Assembly (NCBI GenBank): GCA_964019335.1
Contig: OZ025745.1
Span: 124,001-188,000 of the forward strand
Direction of reading: 5' to 3'
DNA length: 64,000 bases
Origin: Diplonema japonicum
Lineage: Eukaryota > Protista > Euglenozoa: Diplonemea
Shown here: positions 42,994 through 54,125 of the stretch, one piece after another
Layout of the letters: each line of letters begins with the position of its first letter
Numbering within the stretch: the stretch's first letter is position 1
The notes under the pieces: model-generated
Seen by the model: the letters and a program-made list of their open reading frames with translations, nothing else
What the model was told of the DNA's origin: nothing
The model's database searches: none
Translations under genes and position numbers: made by a program

Positions 42994-45900
42994 ATACTCG
43001 GTAGTTTTACTCTTGATGACCTGCAAGTAGTTCTCAAGCTCGGAGCTGTCGATAGCAGTGATGAGCTGGCACACACCCTGCGCCGCACCTGACCTCTCCA
43101 CGTGGGAGTTGTCGGGTTGGGTCAGCGTCTTCATGCACCAGTCGATGAGGTTGGGGAACTGCTCAATACCGAGGGACTGGACAAGGGAGCCAAGCGCCTT
43201 GGCACTGGTGGATCTGCAGTCGGGGTACTCATCAAGGAGGACCTTCTTGAGGGGCGTCATCAGCTCATCGAGGTACGGCAGGATGAGGTCGGGGTCGTTC
43301 ACGAGCAAGGCAACGCTTCCCAGGATCTGTGCAGACTTCATCTTGATCTGCGACACACGCTCGGTCAACCCTCTGCGGAGGATAGGCTCGATGACGGCAA
43401 GCGACGCAGCGTCGACGGCGTTCGTGAAGCGAGTGTACAGCAGCGCCTCCAGAGCGGCATCAAGCTCGGTGTTGGGAGAGCGGAGGGCATTCAGCAGCAC
43501 GTTAGCATGGGCGGCGATCTCGGGGTTGGTGATAACACCACCAACACGGCGCAGGGCATCGTAAGCACTCTGCTGCACCTCACGATGAGTGTCAGTCAGA
43601 GTCTCCACCAACACAGGCATCACCTGCGGCAGCGCGGCGGCAAGCTGCTGCGGAGAGCAGTACGACATCTGCCCCAACAGGTTCAAAGCGCTAACCTTTG
43701 TCCTCCAGCTCTCGGTGTCAAACGAAGCGATCAACGGCGGTAGAATCTGTCTCACACCGAAGTGCGATAGCGACTTCATCATCGCTGCCGAGCACTCTTC
43801 AGCTGCCTTTTTCACAGCGTGCTCTTTGTCACTGAAAGCACCAACCACAAGTTGGATCTGGTCGATCACGTATGGCTCGTACAGACCGTCGAGCCTTTCA
43901 CAGAATACAGCGAATGACGCCAGGGCACCCTCCTTGGCGTTGCCCTTTCCACCCAACGCATCTTCAAGGGACTCCAAGATGTTAAGATCGTGCAGCGCAG
44001 GCAGGTGGCACCCGATGATGATACCAGCCAGTGCGTGTGCATTGCAACGCCTGAAGGCGATGCCGTGGTTCCCCTTGGTGATCTTCTCCAAGCACTTGTT
44101 CACCAGCTTGGGTCTGATGTTCTTAACCGCCTTGATCTTCACGATGAGGGACATGGTCTCGCACACGGACAGGGCAATGGCCGGAGACGTCGTGTGACTG
44201 ATGTCCACCAGCTTAGTAGCGAGAGACTCAACGTGGTCTGCCTTCTCCATCTGTGTGGAGAGGGTGCCCATTACCACCACAATGGAGGCGGTGTAGGACT
44301 CCTTAATAGCAGGCGTGATGACACCTGCAGCGCCTGCGGGGCTTGCGGTCGTGGGAGGGCCGCTCTGGAAGAACTTCTGAAGAGTAGGTAGGATTGCAGC
44401 GTGGTGCTCTTTACCGTGCTGGGCGACGATCTTTCTGAAAGCAGGAAGGAATACATCGCGAACAGACTCCACGGGATCCACAAGCGCACGTTGGCAGCAG
44501 AATTTAGTAATGAGCTCAAGCGTAGGGGCCGTGTAGAGAGGAAGCAAAGCAAGGAGAGCATGAGCGGTTCCTTTCCTGAAATCCTTGGTGACGGTGGCGG
44601 GGTTGCTCAGCTGCGCATCAAACGCACGGAAGATCTGCTGGAGTGCGAGCTTTGTCATATCTTGGTACTTTTCCAAACCAGCGGCCAAGGCCGCGGAAAT
44701 CGACTCGACCACCTCCTCAGAGTCGCTGAAGAGCACCGGCACCAGCACATCGATGAAGTCCTCTTCAATGGTGAGGTCGAAGTACTTCCACGTTTCCTGC
44801 GCCTTGCGGGTAACACCTCTGTTAATGTCGCGTGTGCAACTCAACAGACGGTAACGCAGCATTGCGGGAGCGGAAGGTGTTTTTTGGTAGTTCTTCAGCG
44901 CTGCGGAAGCTGCCTCACGCACAATGGAAGAGGGCGAGATGAGCGCGTCGGTGATGGGACCCAGTTCGTCGACTGAGAGGTGCTCCGCAAGGCTTACCAG
45001 CGCAGCGATACCAGTCTGTAGGTAGGAGGTGGTGGAACTGCGGTGGTGCTTGGCATACCTTTGACAGAGTAGGCGTTCTGTCGATGATAGTGAGAAGCGA
45101 CACCGACGTCTCCGTCTTGTGCGGCAGATCAGGGAGACCGGTGTTTGTGGAGACCAAGGCAAGTGTCTGTGTTATATTTTTATTCATTCCGTTATATTGC
45201 ATACCTGCTGCTGGCAGATGATGTTGAATGTCGCTGCCTGGTTGACGTGCTCCAAGACAGTCGCCACGGTGGGGTAGATGATGGAGAAAGAAGGAGCAGG
45301 GAGCAGTCCAGAGCATGCAGCACGCAGCCTCTTCATGACGTGCTCCACGAAAGAGATGGTGCTGAAGTCCATCGGGCTCTTCCGGGTAACGTCCACGTCC
45401 TTGCGGTACAAGAGGTCACGCGTGACAACAACAAGAGTGCTTGCCATGGCTTGCAGCTCCTGCACAGGGGTGGTGAGGAAAGACCATTCGAGGATCTCCA
45501 ATGCCTTGACAAGAACAGATTTGAGAGGCACAATCCTGAGGATCTTGCACATGACAGGGATGATGGCGGGGATGTTATTGTGGGATGCATCATGGTTCTT
45601 GCTGTTCCTGATGATTTCGATGAGCGCCACCATGTACCCGGTTATGGAGTCGCGCTCTGCAGAAAGCTTCGACTTAATATCTGTCACCTTCGCGCGCATC
45701 TCGACACGCGCCTTCGCAACCTTCGGGTCCTCGATACCCTTTTCGGCGTTCTTCCGCCTAATCATCTCTCTCTCCCATTCTTCGTCTTCTTTGCTGTACA
45801 GCCCCTTCTGGCTCTTGTCTCTCTTCACGTTCTGCTCGTCCTTGGCGAAGCGAGGCACCACATCTTCGTCCTCGAGCTGCTTCTGAACGATAGCCTCGAC

Positions 45901-48618
45901 GTCTTCCTGTGTCCGTGTCTCAACGATGCGGACCTCTGAGACAGTCATCTTCGACAAGAACTCGATCTTTTCCTCGATGAGGGCCATGAGACGGGTAAAC
46001 TCTTCGTACTCCACAACGGGCTTGGGCTCTTCCCCGTCCTCCTCGACAGGTTCCACGGGCTTGGATTTTGGCTGCACCAGCACATGGCTCAACCCGTCAG
46101 TCCCAGAGTGAGCCACGAGGAATGTTAGAGCCCTTCCTGCAGCTGCTCTCACATGTTGCCTAGGGCCAGCCTCCTTAAGGGCAGAAAGCATTGACTTCAC
46201 AACGCTCTCGCGTTCATTCCACAGCATGTGGCCAGCCTTGAATGAGACGCCCATGGTGTCGGGGTTGAAGTGCACCCCAAACAGCCTCACAAACACATCG
46301 TTGAAGACAGGCGTTCGGTACCTCGCCATGTTGGGCGTGCAGCACGTGAAGTAGTTCCCGATAGGCCCGCTCACAGCAGAGTGGCCCACGGTCAGCATGA
46401 TCTCCGACAGCAGCTCGGGCGTCACGACCCCTTCATGGTTGAACATCGCGTTCACCAGCATCGCGTACACATCAGCAGCCGCAGGGTCTTCTCTCCTGTC
46501 GTCGCCACCCAGCACAGCAGTCTCCGAGATGCTCTCGGCAAGCTCCCAAAGAGGCATCCTGGGCTTCCCGAAGTTCTTGCCTTCCACGACCAGGGGATGG
46601 TTCAACCTGTCAGTTGGTGCTTTCGCCCCCGCGGCAACCTTAGGTGCAGGCTTCGCCTTTTTGCCACCGGGTTTCACAGCAGCTTTCTTCGCACCAAGCT
46701 TCCCCGCGGCCTCGGCGGCCTTTGCGGGAGGCACACCCCACAAGACAATCAGCAGCGAAGTCCAGAAGGAGTTGAGCAGCTTGCTGTCCGCTTTGATAAC
46801 AGCTTCGATGGCGGCAAAGGCCTCCTTGCGCACCTCGTGTCTGGGGTGCGTCGCAAAGAGGACCAGCCCTGTCGTGGGACCGATATCGCGGGCGGGGCTG
46901 AAGTTCGGCGGAGCACCTTTCCCGGTCATGGGGGGGAGGAACCTCTGGCAGGCCTTGATGCCTGCCAGCAGCTGCCAGTTCTCTGCGGGGCGGCGGAGGT
47001 TTTCAATGCTGAAGAGCATAGCGTCGTGCCCCAGGCAGCCCTCCTGGTACCATTTCTCAGTGGCAGGGAAGTCCACGACAGAAAGTGCCATCAAGGCGTC
47101 GACGCGGAAACCTGGTTTCTTCTCCGCCTCCTTGCACAGCTTGGCAAGTGCGGGTTGGATCTCTTTAATCTTCTTTGCGTCGACAGCCGCCACGTCGGGC
47201 AGCATGTAGAGCATTCTGTACCTGATGGTGTCGTCTTTATGCGTTGCCACGTCCTTGAGGATGGTGCTGATGTAGTCAGGGACGGTGGCGGTAAGCTTCA
47301 CACAGTCGTGGATGAGCTCTAGAGAAGCGTGAGTGACGTACGGCTTGATGGCGGGGTAGAGCACGTCCTTCACGATAGCGGTGGCGTCCGCTTTGCTCTT
47401 CTCGTCCTTGAGCATCAAGGGCACCGCACCGTTGAGGGTCAGCATGATCGCGTTCTTCTCTTCGTTGGACTTTGCGTCCTTCAGAGACGCGCACAGGCCG
47501 CTGATGACCTGCTTCTTAATCTCAAGATCCTGCACGTTCGCGAGGATGGACTCGAAGACAGCCATCGCATGCTTCTTCAGCTTGTCGTCTTTGAGACACC
47601 TGGTGGTGGGCTCAACCATCGACTTGATGCTCTGCGCATGCTTCTTGGTGTGAACGGAGTAGAAGGAGAGACACGCTGCAAAGGCAGGCAGCACAGATTC
47701 AATGGCACGCTTTGCCTCAGCAGAGATAGCTTCGAACACCGCACCGGAGGCCTTCTCCGTTTCCGGGCATGAGAGACAGCTGTTGATCTTAATGTTGCTG
47801 AGGTAGTTCCATATCTTGGTGTTGGGGGACTTGACGCTCTTGCAGATGACCTCTGAGATGAGCTGCAGGTACTTGTCGGGGAGTTTGAGCCCGTTGCCCT
47901 CCTTCAAGGAGAGGATGGCGAAGGCGGCGGGGAGAGCCTCGATGGGGTTCGGGCTGTTGTTGGCTTCCGTGAGGACGTACTGCATGACAGCGGGGAAGCC
48001 TGCGTACCACTTCGCAACCTTTTTGTAGGAGGGGAGGAAGTCGGATATAAGCTTCATTACACGTTTGAGGAGCTCTTGAACGTTGGGCTGCTGCATGACG
48101 GTGGCAGCACTCTCTTGGCGCACCTTCATCCCGTGCATGGGCAGCTCCTTGAGGAAGGCGGCTTTTTGTTCGTCAGTTTTGTATTTCTTCCCTGTGTGGG
48201 ATGTGGGGACCGAGGGGCGGGTGTAGCGAAGCGAGTCTAGGGTCTTAGGGCCTTGAGCATTGCAGATGCCTCGTAAAAACGTCTGGAGCATCGCAAGCTG
48301 CGGGGCTGTGACCTTCTCGGTTTTATCAAGTAGCCCCAGAACAACGCTGCATAGGGTGTCCGCGTTTTCGGCACGCTTTTCACCCTTTGTGACCGTTCCG
48401 CCGATCACCTCTGCGAGTTGGATCAGCCTTCTGTCTGATTTCCCGAAAGAAACGCCACCCAGTGCAGGCAGGACAACGCCGATCAGGCTTTTTGCTTCGT
48501 CCACAGAGAGTTCTCCCTCCCGTTGCCTAACCAGCTGCACAAGAGTCCCATCGATTTCCTCCAACCTCGTCTTGAAGCTGCTCGATGTCAGCGCCCCCAC
48601 GATCTTGGCGCGTTTCAT
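39860..48618 (-). CDS. GCN1: GCN1 translational activator (HEAT repeats), ~2779 aa, 11 exons
   Basis: SWRTKVSALNLLGQMSYCSPQQLAAALPQVMPVL, NPEI, ERSGAAQG, WRVRLSSLQLLGDLL. Introns 45167-45204, 45016-45058, 42944-42997, 42303-42339, 42166-42206, 41770-41802, 41591-41633, 41443-41486, 41343-41382, 41222-41267 leave an 8340-nt frame. Confidence 0.92.
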
Positions 48619-49140
48619 TTTCCTCTTTTTTTTTTTTGTCTTCTTCTTCTTCTTCTTTACTTCCCCCCTTACGTTATTCTTTTTTTTTTTTTTTTTTTTT
48701 GGCTTTTCAAAAGGAAAAATTAGCAACGATCTAAAGTAAAAAGAAGAAAAAAAAAAAAAAAACACCCCACCCGATGGCGGGGTCGCGGTTTTTTTGTTTC
48801 TTCTTCTTCTTTTTTCTTTTCTTTTTTTTTTTTTTACCAGCACATACCCTCCCTTGAGGATAATAAAACAAAAAAAAACAAAGAAAATAGAAGATGTTTC
48901 TTTTTTTTTTTTTTTTTTGGTCCTTTTTTATCACCTGATTTTAATCTGGTAAAAAAGGAAGATCTTAACCCCCTCCTTGCGTCCACGCACTGTAACAAAG
49001 TATAAAAAAAAAAAAAATTCTGATAACCGGAGAGAAAAGGTTTGTGGTAAAAAGAAAAAAGAAGAAAGGATTTACAACCGAAGGCTTGACTACGGAAACC
49101 TCTACCAAATAAGTGAAATAAAAAAATATGGGAAAAAATA

Positions 49141-50922
49141 TTACAATGAAGATTTTGCCTTGGACCTCAGACAGTTCAAGCCATGGTGTGTGGTTTGGTA
49201 CCCCTTTTCAACACGCTGGATGAGACCGCCTTTGCACATTTCTTTAAGAAGCCTTTCTTTGTGGACGTTGGAAGGGACCGTGGGGATGGAGGAGGTTTGA
49301 AGGGACTGCAGGACGGCAAGCTCCCCAAGGGCCATCGGGTGCGATGCATTCTTCATGACAGAAAACAGATACATTGAAAGGGAAAGACCGATTTTCCCCA
49401 ACACATCAGCGTCCTGTTTCCTCCCACGCACGTTGATGCCAGTTTTCTCCTCCGTTCCAGAATTTCTGATGAATATCCCGGTTGTCTGCACACCATCAGC
49501 ACCCGACAAGCTAATGTAAAGCATGTCTGGCTCCTCCGCAAAAGGGACAACCTTCACGGTGCCCATTCCGTGGAGCATTTCTTTGAGTTTCTTCTCCACA
49601 TTTTGTATGAGCACGCTTCCTTTTCTCAACATTGTTTTGTCCGTGTAAAATACGTAAAATGTCTTCTTGTACCCTGGTTTGAAAGGCACGGCAAACTCAC
49701 CAGGAGAGCTTTGAAACCCCCCAGAAGCCATCACCGCGAATGTGTTCACAGCGGCCTTCAAACCATTTCCGGAGAAGAAGTCCACAGTGGAACCCGACGA
49801 GGTGGTCAGGACTCCCCTTGTGATGTTATGGCCTGATGCTTCGCACGCTACAGAAAAAGACATTGGATGGGACATTGCACGTGAGAGAAGCCATTTGTCA
49901 CCGACGCCAGTGAGGATCGGCGTGAACCCGCGAGCAGCTGCAGCACGGCCTGCTTCTAAATCAGACTCAACAGTAATGATAAAGTCTTTCTTAGGCGACA
50001 CGTGCGAACTGATGTTCACGGCAGCCTCGTCGCCAGATAACACGAGAACGGTATCCGTGGGAGGGTTGTACGCGAGACCATAGAATCTATCACCGTCAGC
50101 GTCGAAGACGGCAGCCCACCCGGATCGTTTTTCAAAAAGCAGGCTGACCGCTTTGTGAGATTTAAAGTTGATGTCCGTTCGTTCTATCACCGTCACGTCT
50201 TCAAGGTCGGCCACACCACCATCGACGTTCACATTTCCAGATTTTGTGTCGTTGTTGACTTCAATAACTTCGCATGTTACCATTTTTCTCAACACATCTG
50301 CGGCAACGTGGGATAACGCGCCGTTAGCAGGGTCGACAACCAGCGGGCCGTTTTGTATGGGTATTCTTGTGGACCATGCGTTTCTCGGGTCTAAATGGAA
50401 GTTTTCGAATACGGTTCGGGCTTCTCTTTCCATGTTGACGAAACCACCTGTTTCGGGTTTGTACTTGATGTTATCGTAAGGGGTGTGCAGGATGATGTCC
50501 GTCAGCAGGACGTCCTCGTCGGGGAGAAGCTTCATCCCTTTTTCCTTGAACAGTTTGATACCATTCTGGGTTTTGAAATTGTGGCTTGCTGAGACGACAA
50601 CTGCGGCCTTTGCGTCTCTCCACACGGTGTACATAGCGATGCATGGGGTTGCCGCGATACCAATGCACACACAGTCGCAGCCTGCCTTTCGTATGCCCCG
50701 CATTGCCGCATCTGTGTAAGTTCCTTCTGTGTCGCGTGGATCCCACCCGATCACCACCTCCTTCGCCTTCGACATCTTGCTGTAGCAGTACACATACAGC
50801 TCCACGAACTCTTCCGTGATAACGTTCTTCTTAACAAAAGCATCGACCGGTCCTAACCCACAGTGCGTGGAAGCTGGTACCGTGGTGGCCCTGATCCCAT
50901 CCGTGCCTTGGAGACGCGCCAT
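49141..50922 (-). CDS. Alpha-D-phosphohexomutase (phosphoglucosamine mutase/phosphomannomutase-like)
   Basis: GTDGIR, SASHN (phospho-Ser), DADGDR (metal loop), EASGH, RNSGTE; intronless. Confidence 0.88.
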   Translation of the reverse strand: MARLQGTDGIRATTVPASTHCGLGPVDAFVKKNVITEEFVELYVYCYSKMSKAKEVVIGWDPRDTEGTYTDAAMRGIRKAGCDCVCIGIAATPCIAMYTVWRDAKAAVVVSASHNFKTQNGIKLFKEKGMKLLPDEDVLLTDIILHTPYDNIKYKPETGGFVNMEREARTVFENFHLDPRNAWSTRIPIQNGPLVVDPANGALSHVAADVLRKMVTCEVIEVNNDTKSGNVNVDGGVADLEDVTVIERTDINFKSHKAVSLLFEKRSGWAAVFDADGDRFYGLAYNPPTDTVLVLSGDEAAVNISSHVSPKKDFIITVESDLEAGRAAAARGFTPILTGVGDKWLLSRAMSHPMSFSVACEASGHNITRGVLTTSSGSTVDFFSGNGLKAAVNTFAVMASGGFQSSPGEFAVPFKPGYKKTFYVFYTDKTMLRKGSVLIQNVEKKLKEMLHGMGTVKVVPFAEEPDMLYISLSGADGVQTTGIFIRNSGTEEKTGINVRGRKQDADVLGKIGLSLSMYLFSVMKNASHPMALGELAVLQSLQTSSIPTVPSNVHKERLLKEMCKGGLIQRVEKGYQTTHHGLNCLRSKAKSSL

Positions 50923-51017
50923 TTTTTTTTTTTTGTTTTCCCGCTTTTTTGTGTGGTTTTATAAATGTACGGCGGAATGGAGAGGAGGAAAAAAAAAAAA
51001 GAGGAGGAGGTGTGTGG

Positions 51018-54000
51018 TCACAGAGCAGCCTTTCCCTTCATTATTAGTACTGCTTTCATAACCGCTTCCAAACAAGGGTCGTTCATCTTTTTTTGGTTCT
51101 GCTTCGTGGATGACGTCAATCGTGGGTTGCCGTTCAAGTAAGCAACCAGAACGGCGAGATGCTTTGCAGTGCAGGTGTCTGCAGGGTTAGTAAATGAGAG
51201 GTAAGATGCGACTACTGCCGACAAAGGGGAGTGCTGGTGGGGAGGGGACGGGAAGATCCGCAGGAGGGGGAATGTCCCGAACTGGTACCTCGACTGCACC
51301 TTGTCGAGCATCTTCGACAGGTCGACGGTGGGGATCCCCGTCCTTTCCTTCCCGTACTGAAGAAGCTTGTCCCACAAGGGTGTTCCCCATGTGAACTGTT
51401 CACGCGACTCGTCAACCGTCGGCTGCAGGTACGCTTTCATCACGTTTTCGTTCGGAAAATGAGGATCTGAGGGAGTCATGTTTTTCGCCTTGACTGCTTT
51501 CTTCCCGTGCTCGGAGATCTTGCGCAACACCTGTGTTCTCCAGAAACCGGTGTTGTCAGGGAACAGCTCGGCCTTCTCGTCTTTTATATATTTACTCACG
51601 TTGCTCATAACCCCCTTCACGTAGTCCATGTCGCTGGCTTGGGAGGTCTCGCTTGGCTGTGCAACCATCAAGAGGTGCTGTGCGGCGTTCATCCCCACTC
51701 GCCGGAGGCCTTCTGTGTAGTCTGAGCCGACCATCATCGCAAGGGCTATAAGATGCCGTTTGGAGTACCCGAGGGTGGAGACGACCTTGTCCATGGTTAC
51801 TTCGGTGGGGTAGCCTGCTTTTGACTTGGACCCCAGCCCGCGGATCACACGCTTTGCGCCGAAGAGAAAGACGTCCGAGTCTTCTGTAGCCACTGCATCG
51901 ACAAGCCCAGTTTGGCACAGCATCCCTAGCTGTGAGTCCGCCTCGCCTGGTGCGGTGATGTACGGGATGCCGAACAAGTCGAGTATTTCCTTCGTGTCCT
52001 CGATGATGGTGTCGGCCATGTTGGCGCCTGCCTTGCGGAGTGCTTCTCTGTGTTCCTTTTGCATCTCCGCCTGCTGCTGCAAGGATCGATACCGCAGGTC
52101 GGCGAGCTTCTTCACGTTCTGCGCGACGCGGTTCTCCACCTCCTTCGCTTCCTGTATCTCCCCTTTTCCCTCAGCCTCCTTCTGCGGTGCATCGTCGTAC
52201 AACGAGAGCCAGTCGCTGTCGTCGCTGTCTTCTTCCTGTGGCTGATCTAACTTTATCGCTTCTGCTTGTTTCTGCGGAGTCCCTGCGCTGCAAAGTGATA
52301 GCCAGTCGTTGTTTTCCGCGGCTTTGTGTTCCTGTGGCTGATCTAACTTTATCTCTTCTGCTTGTTCCTGTGACGTCCCCGCGCTGCACAGCGATAGCCA
52401 CTCGCTGTCTTCTTCGTCTTCGTGGGCAGATGCAGCCGTTGCAGGCGTGCTCCCCGGCATAAACCTTCTCGTAAGAGATGGCTCGGCGGGCTTCTCAACC
52501 GGTGTGTCACTCATATCCTCCGGAGTTGTGATGGTGGGTTTGCCACTGTGTACTTTTTCATCGTCATCCGAAAAGAAGCCCCCGTCTGTATCGCTCTGTT
52601 CTTTTGGGTTTTGCACAGGTTGGTCACTACGAATTTTTTCACCGTCGCTGTCACCGTCTGGGTGGTCTTTTATTTCGCTTTGTTCTTTCGGGTTTTCTGA
52701 ATCCCCATCTTGTCTGTGAGCAGGCGGCACGTCGGCAGGTTTGTCATTACGCACTCTTTCACCGTCGCTGTCACCATCTAAAAAGAAGCCCCCGTCCGTG
52801 TCGTCCTTTATTTCGCTTTCTTCTTTCGGGTTTTCTGTATCTCCGTCTTGTTTATCAGCAGGTTTGTCACTACGAACTTTTTCGCCGTCGCTGTCATCAT
52901 CCAAAAAGAATCCCCCGTCTGGGTCGTCTTGCGCATTGCTTTGTTCTTTCGGGTTTCCTGTATCCCCGTCTTGTCTGTCGGCAGGTTTGTCAGGACGAAC
53001 TGGTTCGCCGTCGTTGTCATCTTCCAAAAAGAAGCCCCCGTCCGTGTCATCTTGCGCATTGATTTGCTCCTTCGGTTTTTCAATGACGCCATCTTTCTGT
53101 TTGTCAGGACGTGGCATTCCTGCATCAGCTTCGGCAACCTGCAAGCTAAGGCGGATCGCAGCCTGCAGTTCATCGTCTTCGTCGGCAAATCGTGGCTTCT
53201 TCGCGTGGGTGTCAGGAGGCAGCATCTTACGCTTCGTGCTCGCTTCTTCGACCTCCAAGCTCATCTTGATTGCTGTCTGCAGGTCAGCATCGTCGCCAGG
53301 TTTTTCCTTTTCCTCGTCCGGTTGCTTCTTGGGTCCGAAGTAGAAGTACCTGCTTTCCTCCCCTCGTATCTTACGTATACCAGAAATATCGAGAGTGGAC
53401 GGGACATCTGCGTTGCTGGTTTCAACAAGGCCTTTTTTGAAGGAATTTCCGACGGTTTCACGTAAGGAGGTGGCGTGCATGCGGAGCTTCGAGTGGGAGA
53501 GGAAGTTTTTGACCTGCCCTTGGGAGAAAGCGGAGGGGTTGGCCTGTGCTTCGGAGGACTTGAGAAGTGCCTTGCTGCGCTGCTGGCGGTCCCCGAGCAC
53601 CTCCTCGTGAACGTTCCGAAGAAGCTTTCTTTGCGACTTGTAACGAAGCCCTGTGAGAGCATCTGGATCGACCCCCATAGTACCTTGAATGGGGAGATCA
53701 ATGTCACTACCGTCGGAGGAGGCTTCGTCGGCGCTGGTGTCGGAAGAGGGGTTTGAGGAAACAGACATTTCTTCCCAGTTTTCTGCATCGGCGGCTTTTC
53801 GGAGCTGAGCGGAGGCGAGGCGTGCGAACATAAGGCTTTGAAGTCGCTTCTTCTTTCGTTCTTCCAGAACACGGTGTTTCACAGCTGGGGCCTTCCCGTC
53901 GAAAACGAGGACAAGCCTCGCCCCCGACTCCATCAGCCTTGTTATCTTCCTGAAGATGATCATGAGGTGCGCGTCTTCTGAGTTTTTTCCTTCTACTCTT

Positions 54001-54125
54001 GCTCCTCTTACAGCTTGCTGCACCCATATGCTTGCATCGACTGCTACGACCATGCCACGTAACTCTTCCGGGACTACGCGCCTTTCGCAGCCTTGTACCA
54101 GCGTCCATAGGTGGTTCACACCCAT
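51018..54125 (-). CDS. XPG: XPG/Rad2 structure-specific endonuclease
   Basis: MGVNHLW...AVDASIW...VFDG (N domain); UIM-like DDELQAAIRLSL; PGEADSQ...TEDSDVFLFG...GSDYTEG (I domain). Likely start is ATG 54125, not the extended ORF start. Confidence 0.9.
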   Translation of the reverse strand: MGVNHLWTLVQGCERRVVPEELRGMVVAVDASIWVQQAVRGARVEGKNSEDAHLMIIFRKITRLMESGARLVLVFDGKAPAVKHRVLEERKKKRLQSLMFARLASAQLRKAADAENWEEMSVSSNPSSDTSADEASSDGSDIDLPIQGTMGVDPDALTGLRYKSQRKLLRNVHEEVLGDRQQRSKALLKSSEAQANPSAFSQGQVKNFLSHSKLRMHATSLRETVGNSFKKGLVETSNADVPSTLDISGIRKIRGEESRYFYFGPKKQPDEEKEKPGDDADLQTAIKMSLEVEEASTKRKMLPPDTHAKKPRFADEDDELQAAIRLSLQVAEADAGMPRPDKQKDGVIEKPKEQINAQDDTDGGFFLEDDNDGEPVRPDKPADRQDGDTGNPKEQSNAQDDPDGGFFLDDDSDGEKVRSDKPADKQDGDTENPKEESEIKDDTDGGFFLDGDSDGERVRNDKPADVPPAHRQDGDSENPKEQSEIKDHPDGDSDGEKIRSDQPVQNPKEQSDTDGGFFSDDDEKVHSGKPTITTPEDMSDTPVEKPAEPSLTRRFMPGSTPATAASAHEDEEDSEWLSLCSAGTSQEQAEEIKLDQPQEHKAAENNDWLSLCSAGTPQKQAEAIKLDQPQEEDSDDSDWLSLYDDAPQKEAEGKGEIQEAKEVENRVAQNVKKLADLRYRSLQQQAEMQKEHREALRKAGANMADTIIEDTKEILDLFGIPYITAPGEADSQLGMLCQTGLVDAVATEDSDVFLFGAKRVIRGLGSKSKAGYPTEVTMDKVVSTLGYSKRHLIALAMMVGSDYTEGLRRVGMNAAQHLLMVAQPSETSQASDMDYVKGVMSNVSKYIKDEKAELFPDNTGFWRTQVLRKISEHGKKAVKAKNMTPSDPHFPNENVMKAYLQPTVDESREQFTWGTPLWDKLLQYGKERTGIPTVDLSKMLDKVQSRYQFGTFPLLRIFPSPPHQHSPLSAVVASYLSFTNPADTCTAKHLAVLVAYLNGNPRLTSSTKQNQKKMNDPCLEAVMKAVLIMKGKAAL
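52560..53110 (-). repeat. Coding tandem repeat (123-nt/41-aa unit) in the XPG spacer
   Basis: DGGFF units at ~53031, 52908 and 52785 (123-nt spacing) plus degenerate units. Confidence 0.85.
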
